From contig JALMLS010000057.1 of the NCBI GenBank assembly GCA_038496445.1, positions 62,001-126,000 of the forward strand: 64,000 nucleotides of DNA. Direction: 5' to 3'. Position 1 is the stretch's first letter, and the number at the start of each line of letters is the position of its first letter. This DNA comes from Trichosphaerium sp. ATCC 40318 (Eukaryota > Protista > Tubulinea). Below are positions 42,926 through 54,468 of this stretch, piece by piece. The notes below the pieces were generated by a model, which did no database searches, was not told the DNA's origin, and saw nothing but the letters and a program-made list of their open reading frames with translations. The translations under genes and the position numbers were made by a program.

Positions 42926-44473
42926 ATGAGTAAAGGACGGTACAGTATCACTAATGCGCCTGGAGAAGAGGACGTGTCACTTATTAAAATTGGTCAGCGA
43001 GTTTATCGCATGCCAAAGATCGACCTAGCTGACGGAATAAATGAATCCTGGCAACAAGGTCAGTAGACTATAATTCAGTACTGCTCTGGACTAATTCAAC
43101 AAAAATTATTCGCATTTACTGTTTATAATTGTTTTTTTGTTCTAAACCGCGTAAAATTAGATGGAGATGATCACATGAGCGATGATGAACTTGATATTGC
43201 CTCTACAAATTTTACAATAAATAAAGATGGCAAAAATGGCTTCTCTATCGCAATGGAAGTGCCAGAGATATTTTATAAGTTTATTATTGGTCGTAAAGGT
43301 GCAACAAAACAAAGTATTGAAAGAGACACCAAAGCACGCATAACGATACCAAGAAGAGGCTCTAAAAGCACCACAATTAGTAAGTACCTATTGCGTGTCA
43401 TACCAACCGCGTGGACTTACAACTGAATAGCCATACGCGGAAGTACTGAACGCATTGTTGTAAACGGTGCTGAACAAGTGTCACAAATTGTGGAGACCAG
43501 TATGGAGAAAACCCCGCCAACTCATTTCATATCTCTTCCACTGAATGACGCAGTGATGCAGGCGCGTATTTTATGCAAAAAATAAGTGTACTGACTGATT
43601 ACTTTAGACAAAAGTGAACGAGTTTTTTGATGAAGTAAAATCTCGATTCATTCCGAGCGGTCTTGCTACTCTATGTGGTGTAGAAACGTCAAACTTTATG
43701 ACAGTACCTAAATTTCATCTTACGAGTACGTTGGAGCTCCTTATCACCATTTGTACAAAAGAGTAACGGTTTTTCTTTACAGTTGGAGTCTTGAAGCTTT
43801 TGACACCAAACGACATTGCAAAGGCAAAGAAAGTATTAGATACGGTTTCACCAACAGTTTATGATGCTCTTGGCACACGAACACTTCTTGTAAACGTAAA
43901 AGGAATAGACTCAATGCACGGAAACCCTTCTCAATGTAATGTACTTTATGCAAAAGCTGAGGACTCTGAGGGTCTAGGACGACTAGACAAGGTATTTGGT
44001 AAGTACAACTTTGCTTGAAGTGAAACATGATCTCAACATCAATTCTCACTTTGTCGTAGCTGTCATAGTGAAAGCTTTCACAGAAGCAAATCTCATGACC
44101 GAGCAAAGGGAGTATAAAATACATGCCACTTTAATGAACACAAAGTATGGAGCATACACAAGGAATAAGGGCAAGCAAGGTGTACGTTGTCACTCTTTTT
44201 TTTTTTGAGTTTTGTTTTCTATTGTTGGCTTATATTCGTTATGAAGAGGGGTAAGAGAGTAGCAATGGATGTTACAAAGATATTAGAAAGATATGGAGAA
44301 CATGAATTTGGTAAATGTCGTGTACCAGAAGTAAGGTTGAACGAACTAGGTACGTGTTTTGTGGAGAATCTCAGCGGCGTTTTTTTTTTCTTTTGCAAGT
44401 AATTTTTTTTTTAGGTGGTAATGTCGATGCTGACGGTTACTACAAAACTATCCACAAGATTGGTTTACCTTGA
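42926..44473 (+). CDS. ASCC1: ASCC1-like protein (KH domain plus 2H/AKAP7-like phosphoesterase)
   Basis: FIIGRKGATKQSIERDT (KH GxxG), PTHFISLPL, FHLT, IHATLMNTKY (two HxT motifs). Confidence 0.85.
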
Positions 44474-44697
44474 TTTACCAGAAGAGAGTTTGTTATCAGC
44501 CTGTTAAGGTGAAACTTTTACGCTTTTTAGTGTCACATGGGCTTTGGAGGAGAAAAAGGAGCTGCCCAAAACCACTGCATACCAGCGAATTGTTTGATTT
44601 GTGATTTCGTACTTGAGTACTTCCTTATTGGAGGCAAAAATACACCGTTTTGTAAGATAAAAAAGAACATTATTTGCGTTGAAATATACACTTGTAT

Positions 44698-45841
44698 TTA
44701 CTCCTCTCTGCGTTTCTGTAGTAAAAGTTTGCCCATCTCATTAAAAGGAGCATCAACTACAAAAAAAAGTAAGAAAAAAATAGAGCAAAAAAATAGAGCA
44801 AAGCGGTAATGACGTACCACCAGTGCCCTCCTTTGCAGATGTTTCAAAGTATGGTATACCATACTCTTGGGCCAATTCCTTAATAGTGTTAAATTACGTC
44901 ACGTGATTTCAAAATGTTTAAAGTGAACATGAGTAAAAAGATATGATCTTCCGTGTTGTTGAATTACGCTTTGGAACTAAAGTAAAAACCGTTTTGTAAT
45001 AGAAAAAACTCTTACTGCAGCGTCGTCCTTAGAAACTGTCCTGTTACCCAAATCGACCTTATTAGCAACCAAAACGATTAGAACGTCTCCTTCACTATAT
45101 CGTTCAACTTCTTGCATCCAATTGGCAAGACTTTTGTAAGAGTCTTCTTCAGTAACATCGTATATTAACATAACACCTTCTGCGTCCTTGTAATACGACG
45201 AAGTAATCACGCTGAATCGTTCTTGACCAGCAGTATCCTAAGAAAATTATTTATACTATAATTGTAATATTAAATATCACGTGATAATTGTTTGAAAGGG
45301 GGTTGGGTATTTTTTTTTGGAGTGTTTGAAGTTTTACCCATTTTTTTTTTTCTTCTTTACAAAAATGGTTTCTGACTCACGTATATTTGTAAATCGCATT
45401 TATCCTTGCCACAAGTGACCTCCTTTTTTTTCTACACGAACTGTAAGCTTCGTCTTCAACAAACATGAAGCAAAAAAAAAATTAAGATCTGCCGGTACTA
45501 GCGCTCTCCACAAAAAAAAGTAAATAGCCTGAACTGAATATCACGTGAAAGAGAAAAAAAAAATTATTTTGTTGGGAAAATTTGCAGTTGTGGCTTCAAG
45601 TGTAGCGTTTTACGGTTAACCTATCACGCACAAATTCAACGCCCATTGTCAATACGTTGCCTTCACTAAAGGTACCGTCCACGTATCGTATCAGTAAACT
45701 ACTCTTACCAACCTGAGGATCTCCAAGTAATAATATTTTAAATGGCTCTCCTGGGCCAATAGGAGCTTCAGAGCCTCCACCCTTTTTCTTTTTCTTTGGC
45801 TTTTTACGTGTCTTCTTTGGTTTATTCGGCTGATTACCCAT
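44698..45841 (-). CDS. Rab1-like small GTPase with N-terminal MG + polybasic extension and no C-terminal cysteine
   Basis: GDPQVGKS, TMGVEF, DTAGQERF, ITSSYY, ANKVD, ETSAK; ends ...LLLQKRREE*. Confidence 0.88.
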
Positions 45842-46272
45842 GACGCACGAGGAGAGGTATGGTTTTTTGCGTTTAGCAGAAAGAAAAATAAAATGTACAA
45901 AAAAAGAAACAAAAAAAATACAATCGTGCACGAATAGCTCAAAGGGAAAGTGTCTTAACCCTTGGAGTAACCTGGAATCCATTCAATTGAAGCTGGTCGC
46001 GCGGTATGCGTTGATTTAAAGCGGTTTAAACGGTACAAATTTGAAAAAAAGAAAAGCTAAACAACAATGGCGGATAGCGGATCTGTTTGCTTGTAAAAGA
46101 AATAAACAAGAATTTACGGGTATAGAAAGGGGTTGAGTGTATTATTGAAGAGGTACAAGAGCGCACAGACGCCAAGATAGAATTACATATACAACTGCTA
46201 GCCAACTCCGCACAAACGGAGAAAAAGAGTGTCTCGTCCAATGAATACTGCTTCAGGCCTTTTTTTGGGCCA

Positions 46273-48149
46273 TTATGATGGGTTACATACAGTTGGTCCA
46301 TCAGCCATCTCTTCGTCTGAGTTGTAGGCTTGTCCACCGCCGCCTGAGCGACCAGCTGCGCGGGTACTTCCAAAATTGGTACCTAAGTAAAACAAGTAAA
46401 TAACCATGTTTATAAAAGCATAATGACAAAAGGGAATGCTGACGTGGTAGCAGTTCAATATTACGAACATAAAAATAATAAAAAAAATTGTGGTGATTGT
46501 GTACCTTCGTTCTTGTGAAGAGCAACGTGCTCAACTTCTGCCTCATCATAGACTGGTTTTGGGGAAAGTGTATTTGACAGGAGTGATGTGAGTTGTGTGA
46601 CTTTATCCTGGCTCAACTCTTTAGGGAATTGAACGTTGAATTTAACGTAGAGGTTACCCTTATCAAAAGGTCTCTTGTGAATAGGCATACCCTTTAAAGT
46701 AGTCAGTAAGAATGTGAAAAAAAAAAAAAAGAAATGGTTTGAACAATCAAGAATTGACAGGAAAGCGGGCATACCTCGCCAACAATTTCTCTGACTTCGT
46801 TTGGTTTAATAACATCGCCAGGTTTTACAGAAACGAGCTTAGTACGACCATCAAGGTGTGTAATTACAAAGTCGAAACCGCATAATGCATCAGCCTAGAA
46901 AGAAACATAAGTAACATGATAACTTTGTTTGAACAAAAAAAATCTTCTTTTTTGAAGCATTGTTTATTTCTTTTTTCGAAGACAAAGTATGGCGTTGGGA
47001 GCGTACCAATGTGATGTTCTTTTCCATCAATAAATCGGCACCCTTTCTTTTAAAGGTTGCGTGTTCTGTTTCGTTAATTTCGAAAACTAAATCACCAGGT
47101 GTAACACCAGGTTCTTCATTTGCTTGTCCTCTGAACATGACTTTTGATCCAGTTGTCATACCCTTTTCAATATGCACTTCAAGAACTTTTGATTCTTCCA
47201 AAACGCACTCACTGTCACATTTACGGCAGATAGCGCTTTTTTTAATATATGTGCCTTTACCTTGACACTTGTTGCACACTATAAAAAAACGTAAACATCA
47301 GTTGTTGCTTTCTGAATGTCGGAAAAAACCAACAAAAAAAAATCAAAAAAAAAAATAAAGAGCACGTACCAGCAGTTGATTGGGAGTACATGCCAGGTCC
47401 AAATTGACGGACATGAACCTTTACGCCCTTACCCTCACAATCACCGCACTCAATTACACCATTCTTTGTTTTTGCGCCTGTACCATCACAAGCTTTGCAA
47501 ATAACAGTTCTTGTAACCTTCATTTTGCTTGTTTTACCGTTGTACAAATCTTCAAGATCTACGCCAATTCTGTAACGCATATCACGGCCGCGTCGTTCCC
47601 TGAATTTGTAGTGTTAGTAAAACAGTGAACGGAGTTCCCTTGCTTTTTACTTTACTTGTATTTGCGTGTTTAATCAATGGTTGTGGTACGTACCGTCTAC
47701 CACCGTGCCCATGACCACCAAAAGGGCTAAACCCACCACCACCAAATCCTCCACCAAAGAAAGCGTTGAAAATATTGGAAGGATCCATAGAAGGTCCCAT
47801 ACCACCTTCTTTAAGACCATCTTCACCATATCGATCGTATATTTTACGTTTTTCTGCGTCGGAAAGAATCTCATACGCCTAGCAATTAATAAGCAACGTT
47901 TTTGCGGAATTTAGGGCAACGCGAAATTCTGTTACGCACTTCAGAGCATTCTTTAAATTTCTCTTCTGCGTCTGGAGCCTTATTTCTATCAGGGTGGAAC
48001 TTCATAGCGGCCTTTTGAAGAAATTAGTAAGATATCATCATTGTTAAACAAAAAATCACCTTGCGATAAGCTTTTTTAAGCGTAGCGGCGTCAGCATCAG
48101 GCTTTACACCTAGCAAGTCGTAATATTTGGTTTCCTTTGGGCGGCTCAT
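46273..48149 (-). CDS. DNAJA: Type I Hsp40 (DnaJA/Ydj1 family)
   Basis: J domain with HPD, G/F region, CxxCxGxG zinc fingers, C-terminal CaaX (CNPS). Confidence 0.95.
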
Positions 48150-48781
48150 TGTTGTTCACACAAAAGTAAAATGCTGAAAATTGCCTCCAAACTTTTTAGT
48201 TTTATGTGGATTCCAAACGACTTCTACTATTGCCTTAATGTAAATTTTGATAAGGCGTGCGTAAAAGCCAAAGGTTTGTATGGGGCTGTCCTTTAACGCT
48301 ATCAAGCATGTTCAGCAAGTGTACGCTATTCTAAAACACCGCATATTGTTATTGTGCACAGTGGTTGGGTTGTGGTGGCTACTACGGCTTATTATTATAC
48401 CATATTAACCAATTGTACACACTTGGGCGTCAAAAGGGAACTATTACAAAACAAATGGCGTACAGCCCAACTTCAGAACTAAGCGACGCGCCTATCACGA
48501 TACTGTAAAAATCGCTGTGCAGTACACGAAAACTAAACAGCTTTTTGTGCGGTTTGCGTTAACAGATGGCGCCAGTACATGCACTGTGGGTTTTTGGTAG
48601 TTCAACCCAAAATTGGGAGTACCTTGCTGCGTGTCAAAAGTTAGGAGCAAGCGGTGTGGTGGTTCAAATTAAGTTCCGTTAAAGTGTAATGCTTGACTTT
48701 TATCACATTTATTGGTAGAGGGTGACATCAAGTACTGCTAATGCATATTCGGTGATTATTGAAGCCTTCATATTACGTCCT

Positions 48782-50927
48782 ATGTCTCAGACAGTTTCCG
48801 AAAGCGCTCTCTCGTTCCCGGACTTTGAAACGATTTCTCTGTTAGAGTCAGACGCGGAGAGTTCAGCGTACCATAGATGCCAAAGCGTCAGTAGCTGCCA
48901 CAACGATGGATTAACTAGAACATTTTCTTCTCGAGCAAAACCCTTTAAAGAGGGTAGAAGAAGCTCTAAGCGATCGAAGAGCAAACACAAAAAGTCACGA
49001 GGGCCAACTGTACGTAGCTTATTTGTTAAATTGATCGTTTTTTTACCTACGTATGGGTTTTAAAGATTACCACCCCTTTCCATCGTTATTTTTGTAAACA
49101 CCTACAACCCACGTGTGCCAAAAAGGCATTATTGTTGTTTGGTTTTTTTTTTTCTGTCATCTCTTAGTACTTCCACAAATACAGTTTACGACTTTCTTAA
49201 AATAACACCTAGCCCAATGAACATAAAACGAACGTGGTGTCTACAAGTAAATTCATTGTTGAGAAGAAAGCAACGACACTTAATAATAGCGAGCCAATGA
49301 TGTATTTTTTCGAATATGACTGTTATGGTGACTATGCAAAGTATTTTCACGGAAAAGGTATATCTTTTATTGCCACAACCAACGCTTTAGCTCACGGGGT
49401 TTTGTTTTTTTAAAGACCACCTTAATTGGACCGCCTTGGATCCAAACGTCGGACCTCTTTCATTGTCTATTTCCACGAACATAGTAGAACATGAGCAAGG
49501 AGGAATGTATCGCGTGATGGTATGAAGTTAAAAAAAACCATATGCTATAAAAAGAACAAAGCAGTATTTAATTTATTGTCAATTAGATACGCTCAAAACA
49601 TGGTGACAAACGATTATTTATTCCTGCTGGATGGGCCACAGCGGGTACTATTTTTTTTCCGGAACTATCACAAACTTAATGTAAATCACGTGACCGCGTG
49701 TGAAGGCAGTATTTATGTGTTTATTTTTGCTCATGTTTTTCTCTTTAATAGGATCGAAAGACAGAGGTATCCCGAAGCCAAAGCAGTTTGTTCAATTTTT
49801 TTCTTTACGCTGTAAAGCATCAACGAATTTACAAATGTTTGCTGGCGCGCGGTATCGCTTTGTAAAGAATCCGGATTTCCCAGGAGAGTTATTAAACTAT
49901 GAGAAAAAATTAGTAAAGAACCAATTCAAAGTTGGAGTGATGTACATAAAAGGGAAACAAAAAACAGAAGCTGAGATACTGGGGAACACAGAGGTAAGGC
50001 CATTTGTTATTTTCTGTCAAATATCATTCTGTAAGAAAATAGCGCTAGTGTAGACTAATGTATCTTTTTGTTTTAGGGTAGTATTGGGCTGCGTGAATTT
50101 ATGGAGTTTATGGGAGAAAAAGTAAGATTAAAAAATTGGAAGCAATACAATGGAGGGCTTGATACAAGGAGTATGTAGAATTCTATGTTTATATTATGTA
50201 ATATGTTGTCATTAATATATTTGAATCTAGAAAATGCCGATGGTAAGTACGCTTACTACACGCGATACGATGATAAAAAAGAAGTTATGTTGTATGCAAT
50301 ATTTGACAAAAGTATTTTTCGCGAATTCTAAATGTTTGCTTTTTAGTCATGTATCAACCTTGATGCCTCTTCGCGGAGATCCAGATAGAGGTGCTGAAGG
50401 AGATTTAACAGTGCGTTTTATCCTGAGTTAACACCGTAAGCTTATGGTGCCGTAGATGTCACGCAAAGTACACATTGGCAATGATATTGTAGTTATTGTG
50501 TATTTGGATTCTAATGTGCCTGGTTTCAACCCAGATTTAATAGCGTCCCAGTTCAATCACGTGTTCATTGTAGTTCAACTTGTTAAATCAAACAAGCGAA
50601 AGATATATAGCGTCACAGTCTGTCGCAAACGAGGTAGGGAATAACAGCTACAGGTTTCTGCTTATCTAGTAACATAGGCGTTGAAGCGACTCTTCCCTTG
50701 ATTCCTGAAGGAACGCTATACGAAAGAAACGCAGAGTTCCGTAACCTCATCTTAACAAAAGGCACATATTTGATGTTGTGACTCCTCTTAGTAACATTAT
50801 TTTAGTTATAAGTGCTGAAAGGGCGGCTTATAAATCACTGTCGTTCAGAGAGTCGTTGGAACGTGCTAGGTGTCAATTACTTCTCCAGTTACACGACATG
50901 TCCGCTCGGAAGAAAAAAATGATGTAA
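48782..50927 (+). CDS. Rap GTPase-activating protein (Rap_GAP domain)
   Basis: [72 protein letters not shown]. Confidence 0.9.
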
Positions 50928-51004
50928 ACACCCACAAATAACTGTATTGTACCATACTAATAAAAAAAACCAACCGTACTGTATATATTTCGAAAAGTAG
51001 TTCC

Positions 51005-51091
51005 AGTACTTTTGAACTGCCGGAAATGCTTCTGAGAGAGCTTTTTTGGCATTTCAAGCATTTCAAGCATTTCCGGCAGTTCGATAGCACT
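51005..51091. repeat. Intergenic inverted repeat (18-bp perfect arms) enclosing a 9-bp tandem repeat
   Basis: GAACTGCCGGAAATGCTT (51014-51031) and AAGCATTTCCGGCAGTTC (51065-51082); GCATTTCAA repeated inside. Confidence 0.8.
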
Positions 51092-51194
51092 AAAAGCAAT
51101 GATGGCTCTTAAGTGCCATGTCGGGGTTTCCATAAGCTTAATTGGAAAACTAACATATATTTTTAAATCCCACTACCGTTGTATTGTTGGCGAG

Positions 51195-53542
51195 ATGTCC
51201 TACGGGTATGATAACAATGGTGATCATACACCTCTGATGAAAGGTGATATTGATGGCCCTTTTGATGACGATACGTACTGTTGCGGTAATTGTGGCAAGG
51301 TACGTTGCGTAGAGTTATGTTTCAAGGTTTAACGCGTTTAGTGCTGTTATACTGTTTGCGTTGTATTGGCAACATTGGTGATAACCTTACTTGCTCTCAT
51401 TGCGTTGGTTCTTATTGTACGCACGAAAAATCAGAAAACTATTCCATTTGTATACCCTTATTCGATTACAGGTCGCTCGTTACGGCGTCGGTAATACTCT
51501 AGCGAAGAATTCTCTAGGCTCTTCTTGTACGCAATTGTTTTTCCAAAAAATCGCTCTAATTCTTTCGCAGCTATCAATATAGGCCAAATGACCATTTCTA
51601 ATCCAAGAGACGACCAAGTAACAATCACTCACACGTTGATAATCTCTAACGCTGGGTCGTTTGAATCTTACCTTGAGGCTGTGCGTTACAAAATTGAATG
51701 TCAGTTCTTGTATTTACACGTTTTTTGTAGAGCACCGTAAAATTATCGTATAACGGTAAAGAGTTTGGTGATCTATCCCTTCCTGAGCTTAAAATTGTGG
51801 CGTATGTATTAATTTGACATCCATGATCTAAAAAAAATTCCAGATTCTTTTTTTTTCTCACGTTTTTGTTATCTTAGCTTCACACCAACCACTGTAAGAG
51901 TAGAGGCAAACTTAAAAGTAACAAATAAGGCCGTATTTCGTAATACCTCGACGGCTCTCGCTGCTGGTAAACCTGTTGTATGGCACATGGAGGTTCGTTG
52001 TTTACAAATTTTTTGAAAAGGGTAAATAGTATCGCTGATTATTTGTGTACAGGGCGATGTTGGTGTTAGGGTTTCCTTCCTTAGCTTCGGCGTGGAACTC
52101 TCTAAAGATGTTATAGTCAGCAATGAGCGTCTTGTGGATATTGTAGCCGATGACGTGAAGGTCTTAGAAGCTAGCGAAGGTACGTAAAGTATCTATTAGT
52201 TTGGCAACTAATATTTGTAACCATAGATGAATTACTCGCCCAAATGACATTGTCCTTTAACAATCCTGGCATTTTAGCGTTAACAGACATTGGAAATGTC
52301 ACTTTTGATATTTTCTACAAAGGACTAAAACTTGGTTCGTTAAATTAGCCGTTAGGCGTCTGGCTTACTCGAGCAGGTGTTGCTACAGTCAACAATTTTA
52401 CTGTAAGTGCAGGATTAAATTCTGGAATTAAAACGCTGTCACGTATCGTGCAAACGAATGAAACAAAGTCTGTTGTGGACGATTTCTTTTCTCAATGGAT
52501 TGTACGTGTTCACTAATGTACCAAACCTATTTGCTAAATACTGTTTCTAGATCGGTGCAGATATCCCAATATCTATGGTTGGCCCTACGACAGGTGTTCC
52601 TGAGTATCTAAATGATATAGTATCTTCAAACGCTACCGTGAAGGGATACAGTGGCATACCTATAGTCGGATTGACACTTTTTAACAACACAATGCGTGCG
52701 TAGAATTTAGATTGTAACTTTTTGTTAAATATCTTATTTAGCGCCTGAACTCTACCAAACGATACATAATCCATTGGGAGCTACCATTACAATGTCTGAA
52801 GTTTTACTGGAAGTAAATCTAGAGGATCGCTATGTAGCATCTGGTGCGGATAGCAATAACACAATGTATTTATCTGGTAGCCGATTACGAGATATCACAA
52901 CCGCAAGTGCTCATAAAACCGAGGAAACGTATGGCACAAATCCACTTGGAGATCCTGTTACTTTGGGTCCTTACGTGCGTTAAGAATCTAAAAGGAAAAC
53001 GATTTGCTCACAGTAGCACAGGTGACTAAGGACATCCTTGTGATACCATATGCTTCTGGTAATTCAGCTCAAAGGGACCTAATTACCAATCAAAGAACAC
53101 TCGGTCTCATGTGCTTGATTGCAGGAGCCAATAACAATACTTTACCAAAAGACAAGTACTTGTATGTTTCAGCATCTGGTAGTTTCGAGACGTCCATTAA
53201 AGGCGTTTTTAATGTCAGTATACAATACTCTCAAGTACGTCAAAACTTATTCAGCTCCCCTTTAACAATAATAGGCACATATTCCATTGTCCATTCAAAT
53301 CCCAAGCTTTATTCTCAACATTTTTTGCGAGCAAGCCACTTTCGTGAGTAACAGAGGATTGTATCCTCTGTGTTGGACACCTGAACCAAGTACCTTTTTT
53401 GTTTTTTGCTACCTTGTGCTTATGTCTGTACCTAGATCAAACTTGCAACATCCAACGTAAAATGACTTCTTTCTGTAAAGAAGGAGGAGATGGATACGAT
53501 TGCACTTGGCAGACTCCTTTGATTATTGAAAAGCATCATTAA
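51195..53542 (+). CDS. Type II membrane protein with LEA_2/DUF3712 (Tag1-like) beta-sandwich repeats
   Basis: Cytosolic N-terminus with TPLM and a Cys cluster, one TM helix, then ISNP..., FGDLSLPELKI, NPG..DIGNVTFDIFYKG repeats. Confidence 0.6.
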
Positions 53543-53577
53543 CTTGTACTACAACATGGTTTTTACTTTAAAATACA

Positions 53578-54239
53578 CTATTTGTTACTATTAAGGAATT
53601 GTTGTGGATTATATATTGTGCTTTGACCAGGATTTGCGGTAATACCCTGAGCGTTTGTTTGAAGTCGTTGCTAAGCAGAGTCGTTAGTGACGATTTGAAA
53701 TGTACATCTGAGTGAGAAAAAATGCCAATGTATTTGTTGGCTGTCATCCATGATGTAAAAATACACGCACCCTTTTAGAACGTGGTACCACCTGATAGCT
53801 GGGTGTTGTAAGCGTATTTTCACGTGGGATAGATAGGCCAGGTTCCTTAGGTGGCATAGGTATAGGTTTTTTGTTGACACGTTGTGCCAAGTCGCGTAAC
53901 GAATGACGGTGGACTGGTTGAATAAATGTTTTGCCCATTTCTGCACGAACTGCCAAACGCATGTCCGCTGGTTGAATTACATTACGTGATGCATGCTTTG
54001 CAAAATACTCGCAATTAACTAGCAATGACGACGTGTACCCTTTAAAGCAATAATTACGATATTTCCACGCATGTGTGACCATTAAGAGCGTCGCTTGACG
54101 TACTGTGCATTACTTCCATGAGTTGGCTTATAACTTGAGGCTCATAGTGCTCAATACCCATTGAAGCAAGTAAATCTTCAACAATTTTGGCTTGCATTGG
54201 CATACTATCTGCATTTGCGTTCGCCCTTCGCGATGCCAT
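53578..54239 (-). CDS. TAF9: TFIID subunit TAF9
   Basis: MPMQAKIVEDLLASMGIEHYEPQVISQLMEVMH..YAKHA..DMRLAV..LAQRVNKKPIP..LTTPSYQV. Confidence 0.88.
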
Positions 54240-54468
54240 TGTTTTTGTTCTAACCTTGTATCTTGTTCGTTGGCGTTGTAAATGAGGTAATTCAGGCGGG
54301 TTTTTAAAATAACTAAATAAAATATGTTTGACTGATTTTGAATGCTCTGTCAACTGTAATCATCAATCTACAATTACACGATCTCCACGCTACGCGCGTA
54401 TTGCGGCAAAACAGTTGGTGGCTTTGTGCAAGAGTGAAATGATTCAACGTTAAACGCAATACCAGCAA

